From contig OZ024743.1 of assembly GCA_964016885.1 (NCBI GenBank), positions 235,228,001 through 235,292,000 on the forward strand: DNA of 64,000 nt. The letters are read 5' to 3'. Under the pieces are notes generated by a model. It ran no database searches. It saw only the letters and a program-made list of their open reading frames with translations, and was not told the DNA's origin. Source of the stretch: Eledone cirrhosa (Eukaryota). The translations under genes and the position numbers were made by a program. Position 1 is the stretch's first letter; every line of letters starts with the position of its first letter. This document shows, piece after piece, positions 37,528 to 49,922 of this stretch.

Positions 37528-40065
37528 ATGCTAACTAAAGACTACCTACCTATATCACTCAAGAACATCCCAACCCCATCTAGGACTACTTATGAGAAAT
37601 TACTGATAGCTAGTGTCAACTCCTTCGTTAAGCGTATTAGATGGCGCACTTTCCACTTCGATAGGAGAAATAAAAAATCAACGACAGTGTCCCCCAATAA
37701 CAAATTCGGTTTTAAAACCTATAGGAGCCCGCCCCATAACTCCATGCTAGATGGATTTGAGAATGACCTATCGCTAGTAAGGAATATTAAGTTTAAAAAC
37801 CCCCATGGGAATAGCAACAAATTCCGGATGAAACTGGAAACCTTAGTTAAGGACTTTAACGATAAAAGAGATATCCTGGTCACCTCGGACAAAACCAGAA
37901 ATATTTATAGCTTAAATTATGATATGTATCGTAGGTTTATATACAATGAATTAAATAGAAACTATAAAAAGACAACAAGCGCAAACTTAGATGAAATTAA
38001 TAAGGAAGCATGCGCAATAGTGGATAAACTAGGTCTGGAAAAGTATACCCAACCATATACCCCTAGGCAACCCAGGTTCACCCTTAAAGACCATAAGGCT
38101 GACTTCATTAGTAAACCCTCTGTTAGATTAATTAGCCCATCGAAGTCAGATATAGGAATTATCAGTAAGAAAATTTTAGACGGCATTATACCCACCACCA
38201 GGAGGAAAATATATCTAGAGCTATGGGAGAATACGGAAGAGGTTTTGAAATGGTTCTCAAGCCTTAGCAACCATAAATCCCTTAAATTTATACAATTCGA
38301 CATCGATGCGTACTACACCTCAATCTCCCCCATACTCCTTAATAAGGCCCTAATCATGGCCATGCAGAAAAGTGACCTCACTAGATATCAAATTGATGTT
38401 ATTCTTGCGGCCCGGAAAACGATAATCACATTTGAGGATGAATTGTGGACCCGAAAGAATACGCCCAGCGACTTCGACATCACAATGGGATCTAGTGACT
38501 CTACACAAGTAACGGACCTGGTAGGATTGTACCTCTTAAAGGAGTTACATGAGACATTACCACACTTGAAGGGCGGCTTATACCGTGATGACGCCCTCCT
38601 CACTCTCGAGTATAAAAAGTGCAATATAGAAAGAACTAGGAAGCAATTACGTAGGTTCTTTAAAAACTTTAATCTAAGTATTACCATAGATGCAAATGAT
38701 AAAACAGTAAACTTCCTAGACGCCACCCTTGACCTAGAAAGTAAAACATTTGCACCCTACCATAAACCTAACGATATACTAACATATGTAAACGCCAGCT
38801 CTAACCACCCCAAATCAGTCCTAAACGCTATTCCCAGGGGGGTCTCTAACAGAATTAGCAGACTGTCCTATAATGAGAGTATCTTCAACTCCAATGCAGA
38901 GTATTATGACAGGGCTCTAGCAGAATCTGGTTACGGGAGTAGATTATTATATATACATAAGGACTCTCAAACCATGAGTGTGAAACCTACCAACATAATC
39001 ACACATAGTATGGCCACAAAGCCTAACCAAATTAGAGGCAAGAATAATAGTAAGAACCCTAATGGCGGTAACCTAGCTAAATGTAAACCACGTAAAGACA
39101 ATACTAGAGTCCCCCACCACAACTCTAAAACAGTAAATGATCACGCCATGAATATAAACCATCCGGGCTTAAGCAAAACAGACAACGCCACTAACGTTAA
39201 TAACGGAACCCTACAAAATAGTACGCACAGTAGCGAGACTCACCCCACAGATAAGAAAAATAGAAGAAGGAAAAACATGTGTTTTAACCCACCTTTTAAC
39301 TCTGAGGTCCTCACTAACCTCCCCAGAGTATTCTTCTCATTATTGGTAAAAACCTCCCCACCAGGCAATAGATACCGCAACATAATTAACAAAAACGTAA
39401 TTAAATTATCCTATTCGACCACACCTAACCTCGCATCACACCTAGCACGTACGAACATTAGGAAAACTAAGGAGGGATTCGAAGCAATTAAAATGGCAGT
39501 TAACCACCAGCAACCGACTACACTGGAAAATGGGCAACATAATAGCATCAATGAGCCATCTAATGATATAGAGGCACCTAGTGATAATGCTAGTAACCAA
39601 ACTTCGGGAGGTAAACTAACTAATCGAACCCGCAGTTGCAATTGTAGGCGGAGTAGTAACTGTCCCCTAAGGGGGGATTGCCTCATGAAAAACATAGTAT
39701 ATGCATGTGACGTAACCACACACAACTCTACCAAAACATATATAGGAGCAACGTCCAATACATTTAAAACTAGATTTAACGCGCATATATACACATTTAG
39801 ACACGACAGACATAAGAATGCCACCTCACTGGCGGGATACATCTCCTTCTTAAAAAATAATAGTACCCCATACAAACTTTTTTGGAGGAAGCTTACTAGA
39901 TCCACGCCATACCGACCGCAGAGCGGAAGTTGTGACCTGTGTTTACTGGAATGCCATGCCATAATACACTCTAAACTGAACCTGCTTAACAGGAAATCGG
40001 AAATTTTCTCCTCATGCCAACACAAAATCCTGAGTTCCTTCTTCTATTTTAAACCCAGCACATAG
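37528..40065 (+). CDS. PLE3 reverse transcriptase + GIY-YIG endonuclease
   Basis: SLKNIP N-terminus, then FVKRIRW, SDKT, LKDHK, FDIDAYYTSI, ITMGS, GLYRDD, FNPPF, NIVYAC..YIGATS..FKTRFNAH, CDLC and SSCQH motifs. Confidence 0.93.
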   Translation: MLTKDYLPISLKNIPTPSRTTYEKLLIASVNSFVKRIRWRTFHFDRRNKKSTTVSPNNKFGFKTYRSPPHNSMLDGFENDLSLVRNIKFKNPHGNSNKFRMKLETLVKDFNDKRDILVTSDKTRNIYSLNYDMYRRFIYNELNRNYKKTTSANLDEINKEACAIVDKLGLEKYTQPYTPRQPRFTLKDHKADFISKPSVRLISPSKSDIGIISKKILDGIIPTTRRKIYLELWENTEEVLKWFSSLSNHKSLKFIQFDIDAYYTSISPILLNKALIMAMQKSDLTRYQIDVILAARKTIITFEDELWTRKNTPSDFDITMGSSDSTQVTDLVGLYLLKELHETLPHLKGGLYRDDALLTLEYKKCNIERTRKQLRRFFKNFNLSITIDANDKTVNFLDATLDLESKTFAPYHKPNDILTYVNASSNHPKSVLNAIPRGVSNRISRLSYNESIFNSNAEYYDRALAESGYGSRLLYIHKDSQTMSVKPTNIITHSMATKPNQIRGKNNSKNPNGGNLAKCKPRKDNTRVPHHNSKTVNDHAMNINHPGLSKTDNATNVNNGTLQNSTHSSETHPTDKKNRRRKNMCFNPPFNSEVLTNLPRVFFSLLVKTSPPGNRYRNIINKNVIKLSYSTTPNLASHLARTNIRKTKEGFEAIKMAVNHQQPTTLENGQHNSINEPSNDIEAPSDNASNQTSGGKLTNRTRSCNCRRSSNCPLRGDCLMKNIVYACDVTTHNSTKTYIGATSNTFKTRFNAHIYTFRHDRHKNATSLAGYISFLKNNSTPYKLFWRKLTRSTPYRPQSGSCDLCLLECHAIIHSKLNLLNRKSEIFSSCQHKILSSFFYFKPST

Positions 40066-42338
40066 ACGTAACATATATCACGCAACCCCCACCTAGACTA
40101 TAGCCCCCCCCCTTTCCCCCCAAACCCGTAACCTAGATAGATAGGTACCCTAAGGGTGGTACAGTCCCCTACAAGGTTGGTGCTCTTGCGTGTGTGTGTG
40201 TGTATTCTCCTTTTATCTCTCACACGCACGCACACGCAGACATATGTGTGGGTGTGCGTGCGTGTGTGCATGCACGCATGTGTGCGTGCATTGTATGTAT
40301 GTATATTGTGTGTATATGTATGTATATATACGTATGTGTATATATATGTATATACATGTGTGTGTGTGTATATGTATATTGTATGCATGCGTATTATATT
40401 GTGTGTATGTGTATGTGTGACATGTATGTGAATATATGTATGTATGCGTATGAGTGTGTATGTGTAAGTGTATAATGTGTGTATGTATGTGTATATGTAT
40501 GTATACTCTTCTGTAGAAATTCTCTCTATGTGTGCTGTGTGGCACGAATTCCTCCTATAGTACTCTTCTCTGAGAGGAGTACGATATGCAGAGTAACACA
40601 TATGTATTGTCGAAGTTGAAACTGAGAACCACCACCCCTCCTGCTGACCTGGATGTTTACTGAGGACCAGAACACCATTCTCCGCAATATAAGAGCGAAA
40701 TGCGCTTGCCGGACTATTGATGACTATAACATCACATTCCAATGTAGTGGCAAAATACAGTGAATGATATGCACGACCAGAACACCACAGCATGCATATC
40801 CAAACAGCACAGATATGATATCAATGGGGGAATCAACTGAATTTTTTGAGTTGAAATACATGTGGATATGTGTCTGTGTGTATCGAACACACGTACACAT
40901 GGGAGGCTCTTGACCTAAATATACCTGTCATGCCTGTCTGAATTCCTAAGGGAACTGTCGGCCAGTTACTGTCTTGACCGATTGTAGTACCACTAGGTGA
41001 ATCATTTGAGTTTTTCGAGTTGAAATACATATAGATATGTGTCTGTGTGTGTCGGACACACGCACACACATAAAAAAGCTGCCGACCTAAATGTGCCTGT
41101 CATGCCTGCCTGAATTTTCGGTCAGTTGCTGACTTGACCGATTAACCCCACAATTACTACGTAGCGGTTCTTGCACGTGACTACTGAACCCGGATGAAAC
41201 GAAGACGAAGAATTTCCTTGCGTACCGTTTTGTACCACAGATGCGATCTCACCCTGCTTCGTTAATGTCCTATCGACACCAAAGTTCAACGTTCGGGCGA
41301 ATAGATTTGAATCCAACCACCAACAACATAGCTGGATGACCGATAATCACACCAAACCGGAGTACTGTGATCCTTGTGACTTCCAAATATACAACCACTG
41401 ACACTGTTACGAAGACCAGAAAACCATACTCCATATATTGAACAAATTGATTGATTTGTGCGACCAAAATAACACCAAACACATATTGAACTAGGAATAT
41501 TGGATCCTCAGTCAATGTCCGGGTGAGCAAAAATTGATTTCTATCTGCATTGGAATTTACAAACTTGTGCATCTGCTGTGGTGTCAAAAACAAACGCACA
41601 TGACCGCACAGATAAACAATGGACCATGCCACGTGGCTTGAACCCGTAAGTGAATTGAAGGTTCTGCAACTCCGATACACATATTGTTTATTATTTATTA
41701 TTAAGATGTATAAACTGGACATAACTATTATCATCTTATATTCTCTCAACTAATCACACTTGATCATATTTCTCTATCCCGTTTTCTCCCCCCATAATTA
41801 TTATATTTTTATTATTGTTTGAAAAAATCGGTTTTTTTACATTGTGTTTTCCCCTCCAAATATTCGCTTATATTTCCTTATATATTCTCTATATATATAT
41901 TTTTATCTTTATTATTTCCACTTTTATCCTCCTTTATATTTTACCTTATTCTTACCTTTATACCTTATTATAGTGTAATCTTCCTCATGCCTTATTATAC
42001 ACTATTAATTATAGATTATTATTATTACTCTTTTTCGATTTCTAATTACCTCATGTACCTTCTCCTCCGCTATAAGTATATATGTATTCTACGCCCTTTG
42101 TGTTTGTGTAGCCTCTGCGCACCCTCTGCACCATACTATCGACGCCACCCCATCTATGGTTCAGCTAACCACCCGACTCCCGGGAATGAATATGACCGCA
42201 GCTAGTAAACAAGGACCAACACCCGACCCTCCCGCACCAAAATTAGACTTATCGTCCCCCTACTTTTGCTCTTTACTCTCTTTACTCTCTGTTCTTGGGT
42301 GTTTGGTTGGTAGAGTCCATAACACCAATCAAACCCCT

Positions 42339-42398
42339 TTTATAGCTCTGATGAACCCTACGGTTACACGTAAGGAAGAAACATTGTTAGCCAATAAA
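42339..42398 (+). ncRNA. Hammerhead motif, PLE3 3' pLTR
   Basis: Identical to 37252-37311. Confidence 0.65.
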
Positions 42399-42536
42399 AA
42401 TCTTTTGATGTTGTAGACGCTCTTGTGTTCTTTTTCATATATACGGCTCTGCTCCAAAGCATAGAGCTAATTATTATGCTGCCAATACCTTAACGGGACA
42501 CGGGTATATAATACCTAACTCCTATTAACCTAAGTA

Positions 42537-42633
<97 letters not shown>

Positions 42634-42634
42634 G

Positions 42635-42783
<149 letters not shown>

Positions 42784-42834
42784 GTATATATATATATAGA
42801 AATTACATGAATCAAAGTTCTGTTTAAATCATTT

Positions 42835-42887
42835 ATTTGCTTACAATTGTTTCTTCCAAACCGAGGTTTGGTGTCTTCGGAGCAATT
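42835..42887 (-). ncRNA. Hammerhead with variant core CCGAAGA (PLE4 3' pLTR)
   Basis: Reverse complement of 45604-45656. Confidence 0.75.
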
Positions 42888-43168
42888 ATTCAGTGATTTT
42901 TTACATACTTGACCTCCTTTTCAACACAAGAGACATATAGAAACATATGTATATATTGACCCACAGTGGGTTGACATCCATTATACAGCATGGCAATTTA
43001 CATACAAAGATTACAGTCATATTAAAGGACAAAATTAAAGTTAAAATAAAAATAAAAATAAAACATTGGCAGTTTACGAAGATAAAGCAAGAGGAAAGTT
43101 TGGAGTAGCCAGTGTATGCAACAGTCACACGTGAGGCATGCACGCGTGTCCTATTTATCCAAGATTAT

Positions 43169-43576
43169 GTAAAGTTATGTTGGTGCCACAACATCCAGGC
43201 CGAAACAAATGAGATCGTGTAGGTGTCACGACAAAAAACCACACAGTCCACGCTGTAATGTGGCCGTGTAGGCAACACGGTAAAAACCTCCCAGCCCCAC
43301 ACTGTAAATGTGGTTGGTGTTAGGAAGGGCATCCAGCTGTAGAAAACTTGCCAGACAGTCAACGCTGTAATGTGGCCGTGTAGGCAACACGGTAAAAACC
43401 TCCCAGCCCCACACTGTAAATGTGGTTGGTGTTAGGAAGGGCATCCAGCTGTAGAAAACCCGCCAGACAGTCCTATGCGAGCAAGACAATCACTCTTGCC
43501 TCAAGTGGGAAAACCCCCGTCCAAACCCATGCAAGCGTGGAACACGGACGTTAAACGTTGATGATGATGATGATGA
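43169..43576 (+). mobile_element. RTE family A 3' UTR inserted into PLE4 pLTR, with an internal ~110-bp duplication
   Basis: Empty site caagattatagtgcgg is seen in the inverted copy at ~45316-45331. Short TAT duplication; (GAT)n tail. Confidence 0.88.
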
Positions 43577-45603
43577 TATAGTGCGGCAGATTGTTACATG
43601 TAAAAGAAGCAGTCAAACCAGGCAATCAAGAGCATCATGGGGGCTGTACTGGTAAAGCATTTTTCACACACACCTGTACGATATAGAAGCCCGTGTGTAG
43701 AGAAACACCAGAAATATCAAAAATATTACAAATGAGAAGCAAAACAGCACCCCTGTCCTCGCACACACCACCACTCTCACAATCCAGGAAACGCAATTTA
43801 TAGACTACATGTCCATCACACGATCCACGATGATTCAACATTGGGTGCCTGGTGAACATCACAGCTTGTCGTTCTCTAATTCGATTCTATAGAGCAGGTT
43901 GTTTTTGTTGTGAGAGTTGACATCGTATTATATTCCGTGTCTCAAATGAGTCCCTATCATATAAGGTTATAAACAATTTCTAAATTTAAGTATCTTATCT
44001 ATAAATTACAGTGTAGTCTATCAAGAAGTACTAAAGGTGTTCATATTAGGATGATTACCTTCTATCATAGAGTGCCACAACCGAAAATTCTACATGAAGA
44101 GTTAGATCTCCAAATCAATGATCTTTGTAAGTGTAGTTCACCCGCAGAACCTGGCAGGGTCTTATTAGAATCACTTCTATATATGACTCCTGGTAAGCTC
44201 TGGATCATTGCATGTCTGATTGCATGGCAAAGTTAAATATCACTAGGGTAGTCCAGAGATCAATTCTCACTCACAAAGACACTAATCTGACCATCAAGTC
44301 ATACATGTATTTATAACTCATACATCACCTGTACATAATTCATTGCACTCAGCATATAGATTATATAGCTCTTTTATGTTAATAAATTAATTACTTAATC
44401 TTCCATTTATCCAATGATGGCACTCTATACACAGGACAATGTTAGCACAACCAATTCCGTGCTTAAAGTTTACATTAATTATATATTGGTGTAATGTAGT
44501 CTAAGTAATTGAAGGCCAATATACCAAAAGTAGAAGTACATGGGGATATCTCTAGGGTAAAAGGTACTAGGAGGATGTCACTATTTGCGTTAAAGTGGAT
44601 TAATGGGTGTGGAGGTGAGGTGTAAGGTGTGCCCCTGATGTTTGTTGCTAGAGGTGGTGACAGGTTCAAGTCTGACATTGTTATATATTGGGTTTAAAGT
44701 TTTGGAAGGAGTGTGGGAAGCGGTGTTGGCAAGACGCGAACACTTCTGATTTTTTATTAAGGAGGTTATGGTTTGAGAAGATGATAGTATGGGTCTCTAG
44801 TAGACAGAGGTTACAAAATTTATTAGGTGGTTTGTACGATGTCGCATTACCTATCACTTCCCATTTAAGTGTATATGGTTTATTTTTAGTTTTTAGATAG
44901 TGTATGTAGCTAGATAGTGAAGTGGAGTTGGCTAGACTGTGTTTTTTGAAAGAGTGGAGGTGCGAATTGTATCTGGTTTTGAAGCAGTTTGAAGTAGAGC
45001 CTATATAGGTTTCAGAAGAGTTGCTAGTTGTGAATGTGCATGAGTATATGATATCCTTGATTAAGCATTTTTTATCTAAAGGGCAGGTTCTATTTGATCT
45101 ACAGTTACAATTATTCTGGGTGTTAATCTGCCGGTTATTATGTTGTGTAGAAGTCTGGATGGTAGCTATAGGGTTATGGTTATGTAGGTTGTCGTTCCCA
45201 GCGTTATTGTTTACACTTGTGCTATTACTATTATTTCTATTGATATTAGGGTTAGTTGCCCCCATGATGCTCTTGATTGCCTGCTTTGACTGCTTGTTTT
45301 ACATGTAACAATCTGCCGCACTATAATCTTGTATAAATAGGACACGCGTGCATGCCTCACGTGTGACTGTTGCATATACTGACTACTCCAAACTTTCCTC
45401 TTGCTTTATCTTCGTAAACTGCCAATGTTTTATTTAAATTTTAATTTTAACTTTAATTTTGTCCTTTAATATGACTGTAATCTTTGTATGTAAATTGCCA
45501 TGCTGTATAATGGATGTCAACCCACTGTGGGTCAATATATACATATGTTTCTATATGTCTCTTGTGTTGAAAAGGAGGTCAAGTATGTAAAAAATCACTG
45601 AAT

Positions 45604-45656
45604 AATTGCTCCGAAGACACCAAACCTCGGTTTGGAAGAAACAATTGTAAGCAAAT
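45604..45656 (+). ncRNA. Hammerhead with variant core CCGAAGA (PLE4 inverted pLTR)
   Basis: ttgct-CCGAAGA-caccaaacctcggtttggaa-GAAA-caattg-TA-agcaa. Palindromic stem III ACAATTGT. Confidence 0.75.
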
Positions 45657-45858
45657 AAATGATTTAAACAGAACTTTGATTCATGTAATCTCTATATAAC
45701 TGCTCTGTAAAACAACTGATGTTGTTACATTGAGCTATTTATCTTACGGGTAATAACATAGTAATAAATTACTGTCTTTCACTATTTAGGGTTTAAAATA
45801 TATATAACTATAAAAGGTTTTAGGATATACATAACCATAAATAGTATCCTTAATACTG

Positions 45859-45889
<31 letters not shown>

Positions 45890-45918
45890 GTATATATATA
45901 TATGTGTATATATATATG

Positions 45919-45992
<74 letters not shown>

Positions 45993-46012
45993 TATATATA
46001 TATGTATATATG

Positions 46013-46061
<49 letters not shown>

Positions 46062-46148
46062 GTATATATAGATATATATGTATATGTATATATATGTATA
46101 TGTATATATGTATATATATGTATATGTATATGTATATATGTATATATG

Positions 46149-46203
<55 letters not shown>

Positions 46204-46223
46204 ATGTATATGTATATATATGT

Positions 46224-46264
<41 letters not shown>

Positions 46265-46272
46265 TATGTATG

Positions 46273-46305
<33 letters not shown>

Positions 46306-46508
46306 GTATATATATGTATATGTATATATATGTATATGTATATATATATGTATATATATGTATATGTATATATATGTATATGTATATATATGTATATGTA
46401 TATATATATATGTATATATATATATATGTATATATATATATGTATATATATATATATGTATATATATATATGTATATGTATATATATATGTATATATATA
46501 TATATATG

Positions 46509-46592
<84 letters not shown>

Positions 46593-46598
46593 TACATA

Positions 46599-46632
<34 letters not shown>

Positions 46633-47539
46633 AAATTTCAGGTTATCAATAATGTAGTGATAATATATCGTTACGTTAGAGATGAACAGCGTACGTGCAG
46701 GTTTGCTCAACGAGTATAAATTATATTCCGGAGAAATGTAGAATGGATGAATATAAAATGAAAGTGCTTTTGTTAAAAAAGGAATTTATTAGGTATTGAC
46801 ATATGTTTCTGTAACAGACCGAATACCTATGTATCGCTGCTTGCGTAATCATATAATGTTAGCAAGTATTCGATAGCAAATGTATAATCAGTTGTCACTT
46901 CTTCAGAGATTTTGGATAAACTGGATAAAATCAGAAAAATTGAAGTATTTATATTAGTAAAAGAGGAAGGAACAGAGGGGATAGTATATGACAGATGGTA
47001 AAATAATTTACTGCTAAACAAGTATATAATGGCTTTTTAATGAGAATACCATGAGTAAATCTAAATAAGAATTTTGGGAGTGCCAATTTTAATCTCTACT
47101 TGACCAACTGGACAGTGGACAGGGCTGGTCATTTGGTGCAGTAGTATTAATTATAAAGTGTCAATTGAGGAAGGAGGAGATTTCGATTGCTACTAAATAA
47201 CATCAATGCTAGTAGCCAGCTGGTATATGCATTAGGGAATTGAATCAAGAAATCAGAAATCTCATTTTATCTATAGCAGTTTGTATTAAAAGGTAAATAA
47301 TAGAAGAGTTGATAGAATTAAGACTAATAAAGAATGTTCATATCTATTTTGACAATCAAACGGGGATAGAGACAGGCGTTCAATCCTGGTAGTATTTATA
47401 ATATGAAAATGTAGATTTTAAGCGATGGTTACAGTATAACGATCGCTCTATTCTGTTATTTAATAAAATGTTTTTGGATTTCATAATACAAAATAATTCT
47501 ACATTACATAATTTACAAAATTCCTGTCCATGGGTATAT

Positions 47540-47576
<37 letters not shown>

Positions 47577-48108
47577 CCGCTATTATATCCCATTTTAGGT
47601 GAAATTGTTGGTTATTTTCACGCAGCTGCCAAGCCTTGTCTGCGAGTGTTGTTACATAACGCTGGTTTTCATGTTTTATCGAATAACGATGTCTATAAAG
47701 GCGTGATTTGAAGGAGGTGGCTGTAGATCCCACATAGTACCACTTCTGTCTATCCGATTCGATAGTACATTTGTATACGATGTTGCGTTCAAGACACTGA
47801 TTGTTCAACGGACACATTCCTGGTTGGACACAGTTGCAATTATAATTTTGCGTTGTTGTATTGCCATGGATGGGTTGATGAGGTTGCTTATGTAGGACAG
47901 GATGTTGTTTATTGTTTTGTGATGTTATAGCTAATGTTTTACGTGTATTGTTATGTGTTGGAAGGCGTTTATACAACCGTATTGCGTTAAGCTTTTTTAT
48001 ATGTTGTTCAATATTAGGGGCGGTTGAATATGAAAGTCGAATAGTGTTGAACAATCAGTGTCTTGAACGCAACATCGTATACAAATGTACTATCGAATCG
48101 GATAGACA
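46633..48108 (-). mobile_element. Penelope-like element 5 (Naiad-like), 5'-truncated GIY-YIG fragment + 3' UTR
   Basis: ORF 47380-48054: IRLSYST, CNC..CPL..C..NIVYKC..YVGSTA..FKSRL..H, CKLC. Degenerate HHR at 46792-46827. Confidence 0.85.
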
Positions 48109-48865
48109 AAAATTAAAAAATTAAAAATTAAAATTAAAACAGAAGTATTTATATTATATTAAGATGTATTAGTAATAATATATTGGTTTAGATGAGTATG
48201 TTATGGATTATAAATCATTTAAATAAATATATAGTATTTTACATTAGAGAAAATCTAGTATAGTTTATTTTATTAAAGTAAGTTTGGCAAAATTATATTT
48301 ATTAATAGTTGTAAGTCAAAACTTAAACATCCAAATAATTCTAAATTTATGAAAATTTACGAGAGTTTACAAAGGAATAACTACTTAATTATATTATAAA
48401 AACAGTAAGGAAGTATAAAGGAAGTTAGAAGTGATTTTTTAAGAACTCAAATGACTCCAGGGATACATAAAAAAACTTTTCTAAAAAAATTTTTTAATTT
48501 TTTATGAGAAGTCATAGATGTTATAAAGTAAACAAATTTTATCTTAAGAATATAATTAAAACATAAACCATATGTTATTTTATAAGAAGTCATACATTTA
48601 TCTTAAGAATATAATTAAAACATAAACCATAGGTTATTTTATAAGAAGTCATACTTGTTATAAAGTTAGAAAAATTTATCTTAAGAATATAGTTAAAACA
48701 TAAACCATAGGTTATTCCACATATATATAAAAAACCTATATATAAAAACCATATGTTATTCCACATATATATAAATATTTGGATACATATATTAAAAATG
48801 TTTGAAGATATAAAATATTGGAAGATATGAAAATAATGGTTTTTCTATATCTTTCAAAGGAACTT
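48109..48865 (-). mobile_element. PLE1-family 3' UTR fragment with internal ~60-bp tandem repeats
   Basis: Reverse complement of ~14410-15070, e.g. acattagagaaaatctagtatagtttattttattaaag. Confidence 0.8.
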
Positions 48866-48869
48866 CCCC

Positions 48870-49001
48870 TGTGCTATTAACTAATTTGACTTCCAAGATG
48901 CTCACAATCGACTTTTTTCCCCGGAAAACGGAAACCCTAACTCTAATCAGGAGAAAAGGTCGATTGCGAGCATCTTGAAAGTCAGATTAGTTAACAGCTC
49001 A
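48870..49001. mobile_element. Small MITE-like hairpin
   Basis: ~50-bp imperfect inverted repeats tgtgctattaactaatttgacttccaagatgctcacaatcgac / gtcgattgcgagcatcttgaaagtcagattagttaacagctca. Confidence 0.65.
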
Positions 49002-49922
49002 TGAAAAAAACAAGAAAAAAAAATGATTTCCCACTTAACTCCGATGGTCTTTTTCTACAAAGCTAGTGTTTCCGAGAGGTTTGAACATGTGAAAAGACAA
49101 ATGGTAGAGAAAACTCCGAGGAGGGAATTGATCCCGGTGTGGTGTGCGGTGGCAGGTGCACACCTATTTAATTTTATTTAAACGTATTTTAAAATAAAAA
49201 TACGTTTAAAATAACACAATCTAGCAAAAACTTCAACATTTAAAAGAAACGTGCAAATGATTCACCTTAAATGGTAATAGTCGTGAGAAATTGAATTGAG
49301 TCTAGCAATATTCATACTATGTTCATCCCACACCCTTCTCATTGTGAAAAAGAGGTGTGAATACATGTTAATGAATAGGAGTGCTGGTTAGTTTGGTCTG
49401 GACTTCCTCGCAGTACATGACACTTTTGCCGAGATTGATTTTCGAAGTTATAGGTAGGTATAATTATATATGTATATACATAGGTATTTGTCAGTAGGTA
49501 AGCAAATTTTTAAGTAGTAAATAGAAGGTTTTGTGTTAAACTGTATAGGGTGTTTAAAAAGCGGTGTGTTGAGGTAAGATAGCTTTGGACTGTTAATGTT
49601 TACATATGCAATACTTTTCTGTTTATAGTAGGCAGCGAATTGGCAGTTGTTGGAGTGCCAGATAGAATACTATTCGGTATTTATTCCAGTTCTCTGTGCT
49701 CCAAGTTCAAAACTCACTATGGTCAATTTTACCTTTCATCCTTTCGAAGTTGTTTAAAAAAAGTACCTCTCGAGCCATTGTCACTCCTTCCCTATCACTT
49801 TCTTTTTCTTTCTCTGGAAGAAATCGGCTGTGTTCAGACCAGTTGAGATAAAAGGATCTGCCGGCTGTTTTAGAATGTCACTACCGCCTCCCTACGACTC
49901 CTTACATACATAGATATATACG

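Larger units (their letters stand above)
37100..42537 (+). mobile_element. Penelope-like element 3 (Naiad-like), apparently full-length with direct pseudo-LTRs
   Basis: ~350-bp direct repeats at 37100-37450 and 42186-42537, near-identical, each with an HHR motif. Intact ORF between them; ends in (TA)n. Confidence 0.92.
42799..45858 (-). mobile_element. Penelope-like element 4 (Naiad-like), 5'-truncated with inverted pLTR at its 5' end
   Basis: GIY-YIG C-terminus at 44681-45258 (CNC..CPL..C..DIIYSC..YIGSTS..FKTRYNSH..CNLC). 3' pLTR at 42799-43644 (interrupted by an RTE piece) is mirrored at 45258-45695. Confidence 0.9.

Noticed and set aside
47540-47573. Poly-proline motif / G-quadruplex in the PLE5 ORF
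   Set aside because: A 34-nt G homopolymer in a dead fragment; most likely slippage or sequencing inflation.
48933-48946. Telomere-like aaccctaactctaa
   Set aside because: Only two degenerate units inside a MITE loop.
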